This document shows positions 7,171-16,107 of a DNA stretch of 35,091 nt, piece by piece. The notes beneath the pieces are model-generated. The model was not told the DNA's origin. It ran no database searches and worked only from the letters and a program-made list of their open reading frames with translations. How positions within the stretch are numbered: position 1 is the stretch's first letter; the number at the start of each line of letters is the position of its first letter. The stretch lies in assembly GCA_016193545.1 (NCBI GenBank), contig JACPSA010000041.1, positions 1 through 35,091 on the forward strand, written 5' to 3'. The stretch is from Chloroflexota bacterium. GTDB lineage: Bacteria > Chloroflexota > Dehalococcoidia > Dehalococcoidales > UBA2162. The translations under genes were made by a program, and so were the position numbers.

Positions 7171-9139
7171 GTTGAGTCCAGCCAGATTGCCGGCAACGCA
7201 GGGGTACGGCTACCTTATACTGGGTAAAGTATTTTATCAGGCGAGCGACGATACGTGAATCATAAGGCTTGCCGTAGATAATATCATCGGAGCCACTCAG
7301 GCTGCTTCTCAGCCGCCCCTTTCTGGTACTTTTAGAATCAATGTTATTGTTGTCAGCAGATGGAATGGGCACTGGCTCCAGGGCAACCGTAGTCGCCACC
7401 GGTTCTGTCCAGTCTTCCTGATGCTGAAACTGGAGACGGAAGAGTTGCTGGTAGAATTCGTTGCTGGCAAGAAGCTCCTGGTGTGTGCCCTGCCCGACGA
7501 TGCGCCCGTCCTTGAGTACCAGGATAATGTCGGCCATCTGTATCGAGCGCAGGCGTTGAGCGATAACGAAAGTAGTCCGGCCTCTCAGTAGCTCGGTCAA
7601 TGCCTGCTGGATGAAGTATTCGGTCTCCGTATCGACACTGGACGTCGAATCATCCATTATCATGATGCGGGGGTTGAGCAGTATCGAGCGAGCGATAGCC
7701 AGTCTCTGCTTCTGCCCGCCGGAGAGAGTTATCCCCCTCTCGCCTACCCACGTCTCGTAGCCATCGGGTAAACTCATAATAAAGTCATGTAGCTGGGTGG
7801 CTTTGGTGGCATGTATGATTTCGTCCGTGATAGCTTTCGGGCGGCCGTAACTAATGTTTTCCCGGATGGTGGCGGAAAAGAGAAAGGTATCCTGCTGCAC
7901 AATACCGACATGACGGCGTAAGGACGCCAGTGATAAGTCCCGAACATCTATGCCGTCAATAGTGATGCGGCCATCGGTAACATCATAAAAGCGCGGTATC
8001 AGATTGGCTATGGTTGATTTGCCGCTGCCACTGGCCCCAACCAGAGCCACCATCTGGCCCGGTTTAACTTCAAAATTGATGTCCTTCAAGACTGCGCCGT
8101 GGGAACCGTAATCAAAGGAGACATTCTCAAAGCGGACCATGCCCTTGATTTCATTGATGTCGATAGCATCAGGCTTCTCGGTTACGGGGGATACCTCGTC
8201 CAGAATCTCGAATACACGCTGCCCGGAAGACATTGCTCTTGAGAAGAGTATCGTCAGCCACCCCAGCATCCGTACCGGCATGTTGAGCATGACAAGGTAG
8301 AGTAAAAACTGGGCCAGTTCACCTTGGGTGAGGACTCCGGCTACCACCTGCTGGCCCCCGTACCACAGGATACCCCCCATTGCCAGCAGCAGTGCAAAGC
8401 TCATCACCGGGCTGTTGGCAGCGAGCAGGTTGTTGGCTTCTATCTCCTGGTTATATATAGTCTCGGCCTGTTTGCGGAACTTCTGGTTCTCAAAATCCTG
8501 GCGGGCGAAAGCCCGTACTATTCTGGCGCCGACCAGGTTTTCCTGGACAATAGTGCCGAGAACACCGATACCCTGCTGAATTTTCATCCATAGTGTCCGC
8601 AGTTTCCGGTTAATGGCAATAGTCCTGAAGGAGATAAAAGGTAGAACGCTTAAGCTGAGCAGCGCCAGTTGCCAGTTGAGTAAGAGCAGTAAGACAGTAA
8701 TTGCCACCAGCAGGACCAGGAAATAGACCCCCCGAAGCAAAGCGAAACCGACAAACATGCGTACTCCGTCGACATCGACGGTTGCCCGGGACATCAGTTG
8801 ACCGGTCTGCGAACGGTCGTGAAAGGCGTAGCTGAGCCGTTGCAGGTGGTCATAAATGATATTGCGCAGGTCATAAGCCACTCTCTGAGAAAGGAACTCA
8901 GCCAGATAGCTCTGCCAGTAGCTAAGCAGACTGCGTAGAAGTCCAGCGACAGCAATACCCAGGGCGGTGAGGACAATGGCCCTGGTCTGGCCTGAGCCTA
9001 GCGCGAGGTCTATTGCCTGGCCGGTAAGGCGGGGTATCAATACGGCCAGCCCGGCTCCCGCAAACAGACAGACGTAGGTCACCAGCGCCCGTGGCCAGTA
9101 TTTCCAGAATAGCGCCGCTATTCGCCAGAAGATACGCAT
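7133..9139 (-). CDS. ABC exporter, fused permease/ATPase half-transporter (partner subunit) with an abnormal ~90-aa C-terminal extension
   Basis: 668-aa ORF with Walker A GASGSGKST, signature LSGGQKQR and Walker B IMIMDDSTS. After the usual end (...FYQQLFRLQFQ) it continues in frame into ...GKPYDSRIVARLIKYFTQYKV. That stretch resembles the N-terminus of the downstream subunit (compare its own MRIFWRIAALFWKYWPRAL). Confidence 0.85.
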   Translation of the reverse strand: MRIFWRIAALFWKYWPRALVTYVCLFAGAGLAVLIPRLTGQAIDLALGSGQTRAIVLTALGIAVAGLLRSLLSYWQSYLAEFLSQRVAYDLRNIIYDHLQRLSYAFHDRSQTGQLMSRATVDVDGVRMFVGFALLRGVYFLVLLVAITVLLLLLNWQLALLSLSVLPFISFRTIAINRKLRTLWMKIQQGIGVLGTIVQENLVGARIVRAFARQDFENQKFRKQAETIYNQEIEANNLLAANSPVMSFALLLAMGGILWYGGQQVVAGVLTQGELAQFLLYLVMLNMPVRMLGWLTILFSRAMSSGQRVFEILDEVSPVTEKPDAIDINEIKGMVRFENVSFDYGSHGAVLKDINFEVKPGQMVALVGASGSGKSTIANLIPRFYDVTDGRITIDGIDVRDLSLASLRRHVGIVQQDTFLFSATIRENISYGRPKAITDEIIHATKATQLHDFIMSLPDGYETWVGERGITLSGGQKQRLAIARSILLNPRIMIMDDSTSSVDTETEYFIQQALTELLRGRTTFVIAQRLRSIQMADIILVLKDGRIVGQGTHQELLASNEFYQQLFRLQFQHQEDWTEPVATTVALEPVPIPSADNNNIDSKSTRKGRLRSSLSGSDDIIYGKPYDSRIVARLIKYFTQYKVAVPLRCRQSGWTQHDYPAFPGQFPA

Positions 9140-9277
9140 ATTTTTCCCCTCTCATATTATCATAAATGGACTGACTAATGCCTGTGAATGGAAAGATATT
9201 GATGGAGCGGGAGTAAAACAGAGAAAGGAGACGGCGTATATCGTTACTGCTTAGTATTGCTCTAAGGAGTATGTTGC

Positions 9278-9856
9278 TTAGAACCGTAAAACTGCCATGA
9301 CAAAGATGATGGAAAGCTGAAGTATGCCCTGGATGCCGCCGAGCCGGGCATTTCTCATCCCTAGTCGGGCGATTTTTTCTATGTCCGGGGCGTTGGAAAG
9401 TAACTGTTTCAGTATCCTGATTTCATTTGGCAGCAGAATGCCAAACCCCTGAATCGTCAGAATAGTCACGATAATTAACGATATGACAATCTTGGGATTG
9501 GTCAGTGAGAAGATACCGAGTCGCTGAGCGAGGTTAATGCCGGCAGTTACGGTTACTCCAGCGATTACCGGCATGAAGAAGGTCATCTTTGGCGTTAGTC
9601 GCTTGAATACATTGGCGCGTTCTCCGGGGTTAACGCCGCCAAGAGTCGGGCCTAGAATAAGTCCCATGAAAAGGTCGATTCCCGTCCAGAGAGCTCCGCT
9701 CATAATATGAACGTAGTTTATCGGGAGCAACTCTCTCCGGTTCATGGCGAACACCAGGGCGGTAATTGGCAGTCCTATGGCCAGAATTACAAAGTAGGGG
9801 TTGGCGATTTGAATAATAGTCCAGAGTGCGTTCGATTTTGCCGTTTTGTTTTTCAT
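9278..9856 (-). CDS. Hypothetical integral membrane protein (about 5 TM helices)
   Basis: 192-aa ORF with hydrophobic segments throughout. It lies 79 nt downstream of the cytochrome gene on the same strand. I recognised no family. Confidence 0.6.
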   Translation of the reverse strand: MKNKTAKSNALWTIIQIANPYFVILAIGLPITALVFAMNRRELLPINYVHIMSGALWTGIDLFMGLILGPTLGGVNPGERANVFKRLTPKMTFFMPVIAGVTVTAGINLAQRLGIFSLTNPKIVISLIIVTILTIQGFGILLPNEIRILKQLLSNAPDIEKIARLGMRNARLGGIQGILQLSIIFVMAVLRF

Positions 9857-9935
9857 GTTTTTGGCTACCTAAAACAGGTGAGCCAGCGTAACTGGTCAAT
9901 CACGTTGGCTCACCGAAAAGGGCTCTCCTCTCTAG

Positions 9936-10844
9936 TTACTTCAGCATATCCTCGAATTTCTCCCAGCGCTCCTTGGTCTGCTGCGGGGGAATATGCACGA
10001 AATGGCATTTCATGCAGCTTTCGTTGCCTACGGCGCCCATCAGTTCTCCTATCGTTTTGGCATCAGGCGGAGTCGCGTCTACCGCTTTGCCAATCTGGTC
10101 AATCATGGCTAGTACGCTCGGGTCGACAAAGTAGGTTCTGGGCGTATTGTGACAGGCGGCACAACCCGCCGGCAGGGTCTTAAACCGGACACTAAACTCC
10201 TTAAAATGCTGGCGAGCCTTGTCCAGTTGTCCTTGCTGAAGGTCGTTGGACACTCCGCTAAAGCTGGTGGCTAGAGCTATCATATAGTCTCTCCAAGCCA
10301 TTGGTTTATTGGTTACCGGATCATTTACTTTGACTATCTTGAAATCAGGCCAGTGGTATTTCTGAAAAACTTTGCTCTGGAATAGCAAATGGCATGAGCC
10401 GCAAACCTCTCCTACCTGCCCCATGGCTGGCCCGACTTTGGCCGGGTCACCGCTGGCCAGGGCCTGGCCCAGAGTATCCACCGGGGTCATGGGAAACTTG
10501 TCCTTCCACTCCGGGACCATGTCGGACATTTTGATATATTGTTTCTGGAAAGCGTCAAAATTGGCTTTTGCCCCGGCAATATCTCCTTCCTGGAGGTCTA
10601 TTCCAATGCCCTCAAAGGGACCGGAAAGGCCGAACATTTCAAGTAAATAGACGGGGGCGGGGGCTTTAGGTGGGAAGAGATTGTCCAGCGACGCCGGCGG
10701 CGGTCCGGCAATTTCCCTGAGCATTTTGTTCTCCTCTGTCAGCTTGTCTACCTGAGGCTGGAGGTTCTGACCACAGGATACTAGAGCCGCCAGCAGCAGC
10801 ACCAGACTAGCGATGATACCTAATATCAGAATAGCTTTCTTCAT
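9936..10844 (-). CDS. Lipoprotein c-type cytochrome with three CxxCH heme-binding motifs
   Basis: The track ORF starts at TTG 10868. AGGGGG lies upstream of ATG 10844, giving MKKAILILGIIASLVLLLAALVSCGQ (signal peptide plus lipobox). The CxxCH motifs are CGSCH (10403-10389), CAACH (10163-10149) and CMKCH (10016-10002). Confidence 0.8.
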   Translation of the reverse strand: MKKAILILGIIASLVLLLAALVSCGQNLQPQVDKLTEENKMLREIAGPPPASLDNLFPPKAPAPVYLLEMFGLSGPFEGIGIDLQEGDIAGAKANFDAFQKQYIKMSDMVPEWKDKFPMTPVDTLGQALASGDPAKVGPAMGQVGEVCGSCHLLFQSKVFQKYHWPDFKIVKVNDPVTNKPMAWRDYMIALATSFSGVSNDLQQGQLDKARQHFKEFSVRFKTLPAGCAACHNTPRTYFVDPSVLAMIDQIGKAVDATPPDAKTIGELMGAVGNESCMKCHFVHIPPQQTKERWEKFEDMLK

Positions 10845-11139
10845 AATACTACCCCCTTCAATTCGCAAGAAATCGCAATAACAACATTACCTCTGACTGT
10901 AATTGCCCATCAGTCCTTATATGGGTAATGGTGAGCATACCACCAATATGTCAATCTGGGTATACTGAAAATAGCTCATTGTTGGCTACATAGAAGTGCC
11001 TGTTTCCTGACCTTAAGTGCGTATCATTATGGTAATGTGGTATCAGCAGGTAATACTTTCCGGCGTAACCAGCAGGCTTCATTCCAGTCAGCTTATTTCT
11101 AACTCTGACGTTGAAGCTGTTATATACATGAGGCTCGGC

Positions 11140-11949
11140 ATGGCTTATAATACCAGTATGGTTAGCCGACATTTAAGGGATAGGTATTCCAGGCAGACGA
11201 TGTTTCCCGGTATCGGCGAAGCCGGGCAGGCTAAATTAAGCCGGAGCAGTGCGGTTATCATCGGCTGTGGTGCGCTGGGCAGTAATATCGCCACTTTCCT
11301 GGTGCGCGCCGGCGTGGGTAAGGTCAGAATTGTCGATAGGGATTTCATTGAGTACCATAATCTGCAGCGTCAGGTTCTCTTTGACGAAGATGACATCAAG
11401 GCTGACCTGCCTAAAGCCATCGCCGCGGAGCGGTGTATTTCCCCTGTTTTGCCTCCCCCTGATGCCAGTCTTACCTGCGAGACGGCTGGAGTAGTGGGTA
11501 CGGCTCCGGCGGTTATTGCTTCTCTACAGGCTACCGAGGCGATAAAGATATTAGTTGGTGCTGAAAAGATAAAGCGGGAACTTATTGTCATCGATGTCTG
11601 GGAGGGTACTTTTCATAATCTTAAAGTAGAACCCCGTCCCGGGTGTCCTGCCTGCCGTGGACAATACGAGTTTCTGGAGACAAAGTTTGCCCTGAGAACC
11701 GTTTCACTTTGCGGGCAGAGTCGGGCGGTACAGGTGGTGAATACTAGGGTGAGTGAGATTGCCTTAGATGGACTGGCACGGCGACTCAGTAAGATAGGTA
11801 ATGTGAGCTGCAATGAGTTTATGCTCCGGTTTACCGCTGGTGATGACGAGATAGTTGTTTTTCCGGATGGGCGCGCCATCATTAAGAATACCATCGATGA
11901 ATCACAGGCCAGGGCGCTTTACTCTAAATATGTTAGTGATCTTGGTTAA
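11140..11949 (+). CDS. ThiF/MoeB/HesA-family E1-like adenylyltransferase, with an internal in-frame deletion of the core
   Basis: RYSRQTMFPGIGEAGQAKL, the GCGALGS nucleotide loop, VDRDFIEYHNLQRQ, then ...AAERCISPVLPPPDASLTCETAGVVG...CPAC. The start is placed at ATG 11140 (GAGG 6 nt upstream); the track ORF starts at 11017. Confidence 0.75.
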   Translation: MAYNTSMVSRHLRDRYSRQTMFPGIGEAGQAKLSRSSAVIIGCGALGSNIATFLVRAGVGKVRIVDRDFIEYHNLQRQVLFDEDDIKADLPKAIAAERCISPVLPPPDASLTCETAGVVGTAPAVIASLQATEAIKILVGAEKIKRELIVIDVWEGTFHNLKVEPRPGCPACRGQYEFLETKFALRTVSLCGQSRAVQVVNTRVSEIALDGLARRLSKIGNVSCNEFMLRFTAGDDEIVVFPDGRAIIKNTIDESQARALYSKYVSDLG

Positions 11950-13393
11950 GAGGTAGACTATTTTGCGTTTGCCTCCAGGCGACGAGCCGAGCCATTGCCC
12001 TGGCTGTCCGGCGCATTGAGTGGAATACCGGTAATCCGGCGGCCACGAACGCTTCCTGGGCGGTGAGAAATTCCTTCATACTCTCCAGGTCTGGTGGGGG
12101 ACGCAGTGCCAGCAGCACCGGCTTCCCTGTGGTTTGTTGTACTTCTCTGATGGCATCACTGACGGGTTTCAGATAAGTCTCTGCAGAGAAACGGCCGCCG
12201 CGCCAGCGGCTGACCGGGTGAAATCCCAGATGATAGATAAGCATATGAACATCGGGGACCCGGCCGACCACACGCAGCGCTGCCGCGATATTCTTTGGAG
12301 AGTAGATGGTGTCAGCATCCAACGGGTTGCTGAAGATACTGCCCGCCAGAGGCAAAAACCCTTTTAACTCTGACTGTGCTTCTGGAGAGAAAGGCGGCAG
12401 ATGAAGCCCGGCCTTCTCCATCTCGTCGGCTGCCTGAACACTGATGCCACCGCCGGCGCCGATAATAGCGACGCCGCTACCTTGCGGCAGGGGGTTGACA
12501 AACTGGAGTGCTACCAGCATGTCGGTTAGTTCTTCAATATCATCGACCTGAATCGCTTTCATTTGTCGGCACAGGGCGTTGAATACGGCGACTGAGCTGG
12601 TGAGACTGGCGGTATGGCTACGGGTGGTTCTGCGGCCGGCTTCAGTGGTGCCGCCTTTGCAGATAACTACCGGTTTGCGGGCGGTTGCTTCCCGGAGTGC
12701 CTTCACAAACCGCCTCCCATCCCTTACCCCCTCGATGTAGATGGCAATAATTCTGGTCTCCGGGTCTATGGAGAAATATTCCAGGAGTTCGCATTCATTT
12801 ACATCCAGGGCGTTGCCGTAGCTGACAATCTTACTGAAGCGTAATCCTCTCGGGCTGCCGAATAAAGGAATGTCCTCGACATAGCCGCCGCTCTGGGAGA
12901 TAACGGCAATCGGGCCTGGTTCCAGAGGTATTCTGATGTTGTTGACCAATCGGCTTTTTGGTACCATCAGTCCCAGGGAGTTGGGACCGATAATGCGAAA
13001 TCCGCCAGCTTTAGCCTTATCCAGCATGGCTTTTTCCAGCCCTGCCCGTTCTGTATTACCCGTCTCGCTGAAACCGGCGGTAAAAAAGTGGACTGACTTC
13101 ACACCCTTGGCGGCGCATTCGTCCAGCAGCTCCAGAACGGACTCAGCCCGAATACTGACGATTACATGGTCGACTGGCCCGGGGATGCTGCCAAGGCTGG
13201 GGTAACAGGGCAGTCCGAGCACCTCTTGATAATTCGGATTGACCGGATAGATATTCGGAAATTCAGCCTCTTTGAGGAACTGGAGGACTGAGGTGGCCCA
13301 GCCCCCTGATGGCGATGCACCGACGATAGCAACTCCGCGGGGGGAAAAAATCTCATCCAGTGATGGCTTCTCTTTTTTCGTCTGGTAAATCAT
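11933..13393 (-). CDS. ADP-forming acyl-CoA synthetase alpha subunit (CoA-binding plus CoA-ligase domains)
   Basis: 486 aa. It has the GVAIVGAS CoA-binding Rossmann start, ISQSGG, and a His loop GRRTTRSHTASL typical of the NDP-forming acyl-CoA synthetase / succinyl-CoA synthetase alpha superfamily. Confidence 0.8.
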   Translation of the reverse strand: MIYQTKKEKPSLDEIFSPRGVAIVGASPSGGWATSVLQFLKEAEFPNIYPVNPNYQEVLGLPCYPSLGSIPGPVDHVIVSIRAESVLELLDECAAKGVKSVHFFTAGFSETGNTERAGLEKAMLDKAKAGGFRIIGPNSLGLMVPKSRLVNNIRIPLEPGPIAVISQSGGYVEDIPLFGSPRGLRFSKIVSYGNALDVNECELLEYFSIDPETRIIAIYIEGVRDGRRFVKALREATARKPVVICKGGTTEAGRRTTRSHTASLTSSVAVFNALCRQMKAIQVDDIEELTDMLVALQFVNPLPQGSGVAIIGAGGGISVQAADEMEKAGLHLPPFSPEAQSELKGFLPLAGSIFSNPLDADTIYSPKNIAAALRVVGRVPDVHMLIYHLGFHPVSRWRGGRFSAETYLKPVSDAIREVQQTTGKPVLLALRPPPDLESMKEFLTAQEAFVAAGLPVFHSMRRTARAMARLVAWRQTQNSLPLNQDH

Positions 13394-13394
13394 A

Positions 13395-14402
13395 TCATTT
13401 TAACGAGGCAGGTAGCCGCAGTAGCCGACGTATGTTACCCTCAAATATCCTGGTCTTCTCGTTATTACCGATAGTCATTTGCTCGATGGATTGAATTGTT
13501 TGCCGGGTGTACCTTTCACCAACTTCACTGTCAAAGGGGAAATCAGTGGCGAACAACATATGGTCGGCACCGCAGAAAGCGTAACCACACATCAGGCCCG
13601 GCGTGCTGCCATAAATGGCGGTATCATAATAGAACATCTTAAAATACTCGATTGGCTCTTTAGTGAGACCTTCCTGGTACTTAGCGCCGCGCAGTATCGT
13701 GGCGTGGTCGTAGGCTCCGATTATTCTCTGTTCAAAAAATGGCACCATACCGCCACAATGATGTGTGATGAATTTGAGGTTGGGGTATTTCTCCAGTATG
13801 CCGCTGAAGACCAGCCGGGTAATAGCGACCGTGGTCTCATAAGGCCAGCCGAAGTTGCTGAATATCATGTATCTCGACCTTGTTTCCGTTTTATAGTCGG
13901 CATACCCGGCATCACGGTGAGGGTGAATCCATATCGGCAGGTCATAATGAGCCATCTTTTCATAGAGTGGCAGGAACTCGGGGGAGTCCAGGGGTTTATC
14001 GTTGATGGGTGTGAACAATTGTATCCCTTTGAGGTTCAAGTCGTTCACTGCTCTGTCCAGCTCTTTCAAAGCAGCTTCCATATTGTTCATCGGAAGACTG
14101 GCAACTGCCGCCGGGAATTTATCCGGGAACTTTAGCACCAGCTCTGCCATCTCATCATTGGCCATCCTGGCGAAATCTACCGCCTGCTGGGGGTTGGTAA
14201 AGTGTTCGATAGCGGGTGTGGATAAAGTTACCACGTGCTGTAGCCCCTCGAATTTGTTCATTATCCGGAATCTGTGCTCCAGGTTGAAGAGTGTCGGCAG
14301 CGTCTCAATGACATTTTGCAAATGAAAGCCGCGTGGATTGGCACGGTAAAGAGCCTCCTTGTATTTTGGGGGTAGAATATGAGCGAAGACATCTATTTTC
14401 AC
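13395..14402 (-). CDS. Amidohydrolase-2 family protein (ACMSD / hydroxyarylic-acid decarboxylase-like)
   Basis: 335 aa. It has MKIDVFAHILP at the N-terminus, IWIHPH, ITHHCGG and a C-terminal FATDFPF, matching the metal-dependent TIM-barrel hydrolase/decarboxylase pattern. The GTG start overlaps the upstream stop (GTGA). Confidence 0.75.
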   Translation of the reverse strand: MKIDVFAHILPPKYKEALYRANPRGFHLQNVIETLPTLFNLEHRFRIMNKFEGLQHVVTLSTPAIEHFTNPQQAVDFARMANDEMAELVLKFPDKFPAAVASLPMNNMEAALKELDRAVNDLNLKGIQLFTPINDKPLDSPEFLPLYEKMAHYDLPIWIHPHRDAGYADYKTETRSRYMIFSNFGWPYETTVAITRLVFSGILEKYPNLKFITHHCGGMVPFFEQRIIGAYDHATILRGAKYQEGLTKEPIEYFKMFYYDTAIYGSTPGLMCGYAFCGADHMLFATDFPFDSEVGERYTRQTIQSIEQMTIGNNEKTRIFEGNIRRLLRLPASLK

Positions 14403-16036
14403 CGTCTGGTCTCCTCTGGCTTTAGTTTTAGTATTAAGTCTTGAACTAATGCCATCTTGTCTATTTTCTGACCGTCAGATATCGTTGGCAGCTTATCGAC
14501 TATTTCTATCCTTTCCGGTATCTTGAACGGGGCAATTTTCTTCTTTTTCAGAAACGAGGCTAAATCTTCCAGTGTCAGCGTTTTCTTTCCGTTCAATACA
14601 ATGTAAGCACAAGCCTTTTCTCCCATCACGCTATCCGGCATGGCAACAACGGCGACGCTACGGATGTTCGGGTGAGTAATCAACAGGCTTTCCATCTCGC
14701 TGGGGTAAATGTTCTGGCCGCCCCGTATGATAATATCCTTCTTACGGCCGACGATTATCAGGTTTCCAGTATCATCCAGTTTGCCCAGATCTCCGGTAGC
14801 AAACCATCCCTCTTTAGTCCAGGTCTCTTGTGTAGCCTTGGCATCCCGGTAGTATCCCGATGCGGAATTTGGTCCTTTTGCCAGCACTTCACCTACTGTG
14901 CTTTGACCGGTCTCCCGACCGCTATCGTCGGTTATTTTGATGGTGACCCCGAGACAGGGTTTGCCGACGGTAAATGCTCGCACAGCGAAAGAATCTTCCG
15001 GCCGGGAAATGGAGATGGCTCCGAAGTCGACGGCGCCGTACTGGCTGATGACAACTCCGCCCATTTTTTTCTCTACTGCCGAGGCCAGAGATGGAGACAA
15101 CGGGGAGCCGGCACACAACCAGATGCGCACGGAACTTAAGTCATAAGCCTGGTTGTCGATTTCTGCCAGCATCATTGACAGTTGAGTCGGCACCAGGCAG
15201 GCGACGGTAACCCTTTTTTGTTTGATTGCCCACAGGGCCTCACTGGCACCGAGCCAGGGTACCATAACTATACTGGCAGCTACCTGAGGCGCTGAATAGT
15301 ACACGGCCACATTAGGACCGCGCGAAGCCGGAGAAATGGCGGCGACGATATCGTTTCTGGTTAAACCCAGGGCATCGGCTAAATACTGGCCACCGTTGGT
15401 GCCGGCACCTGCCGGGTACTCGACCAGCTTCGGGGAACCGGTCGTGCCGCTGGTGAGGAGGACTGTGGAAACTTCATCTGGCCGGTAGCGTAGGTGTTCC
15501 AGATAATCCGGGTTGTATTGTTTTTCCAGCGGCTTTTGCACCATACTGTCGATAAAAGTTCCACCACCGCCGGCGATAAGTACCTGTCTGAGCATGGGTA
15601 GCTCATGGCGGATGTTGTTGGCCATGTTGACATAATCGAAACCACGGAACTCCCGGGTGACAACCAGCGCTACTGCCTCTGTGTAGTTTGAGATATATTT
15701 CATCTCACTTTCCCGCATGTTGCTCAATACGGGGACACAAAGTATGCCGGCCTTTTCACAGGCTACCCGTAATAAATGGAGTTCCAAACTGTTCGGTAGC
15801 TGGACTACCAGCGCCTCGTCCCGGTTGATGCCCATCTCGATAAGCCCGAGAGCCACTCTGTCAATCCAGGTCTTGGCCTCTGCCCAGGTATATTCTACGG
15901 TCAGGTCGGCGATGGCTTTTTGCCGGGGGTGCTGCTCCGCATTTCTATCCCATAAGTTGGAAATAGTAGTCTGCCAGACTCCGCTCTTGACCAGTCTGTC
16001 AATTTCCTGGCTGGTGTACCGTGTTGGCTTAGCCAT
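14399..16036 (-). CDS. AMP-dependent acyl-CoA/aryl-CoA ligase (ANL superfamily)
   Basis: 545 aa with LLTSGTTGSPKLV, GWFATGDLG and GRKKDIIIRGGQNIYP motifs. Confidence 0.9.
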   Translation of the reverse strand: MAKPTRYTSQEIDRLVKSGVWQTTISNLWDRNAEQHPRQKAIADLTVEYTWAEAKTWIDRVALGLIEMGINRDEALVVQLPNSLELHLLRVACEKAGILCVPVLSNMRESEMKYISNYTEAVALVVTREFRGFDYVNMANNIRHELPMLRQVLIAGGGGTFIDSMVQKPLEKQYNPDYLEHLRYRPDEVSTVLLTSGTTGSPKLVEYPAGAGTNGGQYLADALGLTRNDIVAAISPASRGPNVAVYYSAPQVAASIVMVPWLGASEALWAIKQKRVTVACLVPTQLSMMLAEIDNQAYDLSSVRIWLCAGSPLSPSLASAVEKKMGGVVISQYGAVDFGAISISRPEDSFAVRAFTVGKPCLGVTIKITDDSGRETGQSTVGEVLAKGPNSASGYYRDAKATQETWTKEGWFATGDLGKLDDTGNLIIVGRKKDIIIRGGQNIYPSEMESLLITHPNIRSVAVVAMPDSVMGEKACAYIVLNGKKTLTLEDLASFLKKKKIAPFKIPERIEIVDKLPTISDGQKIDKMALVQDLILKLKPEETRR

Positions 16037-16107
16037 ACCGTGTGTTTCTCATCGTGAAACAGATTGGGCCATACGGTTAATCGGGACTAATTGTGCTGGT
16101 GATAGTA

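Noticed and set aside
10845-11139. N-terminal extensions given in the ORF track (cytochrome from TTG 10868, ThiF-like from 11017, SBP from TTG 26246, P2 from 2921)
   Set aside because: Internal ATGs with properly spaced SD sequences give sensible signal peptides or family N-termini (10844, 11140, 26357, 2897). The extensions add non-homologous residues.
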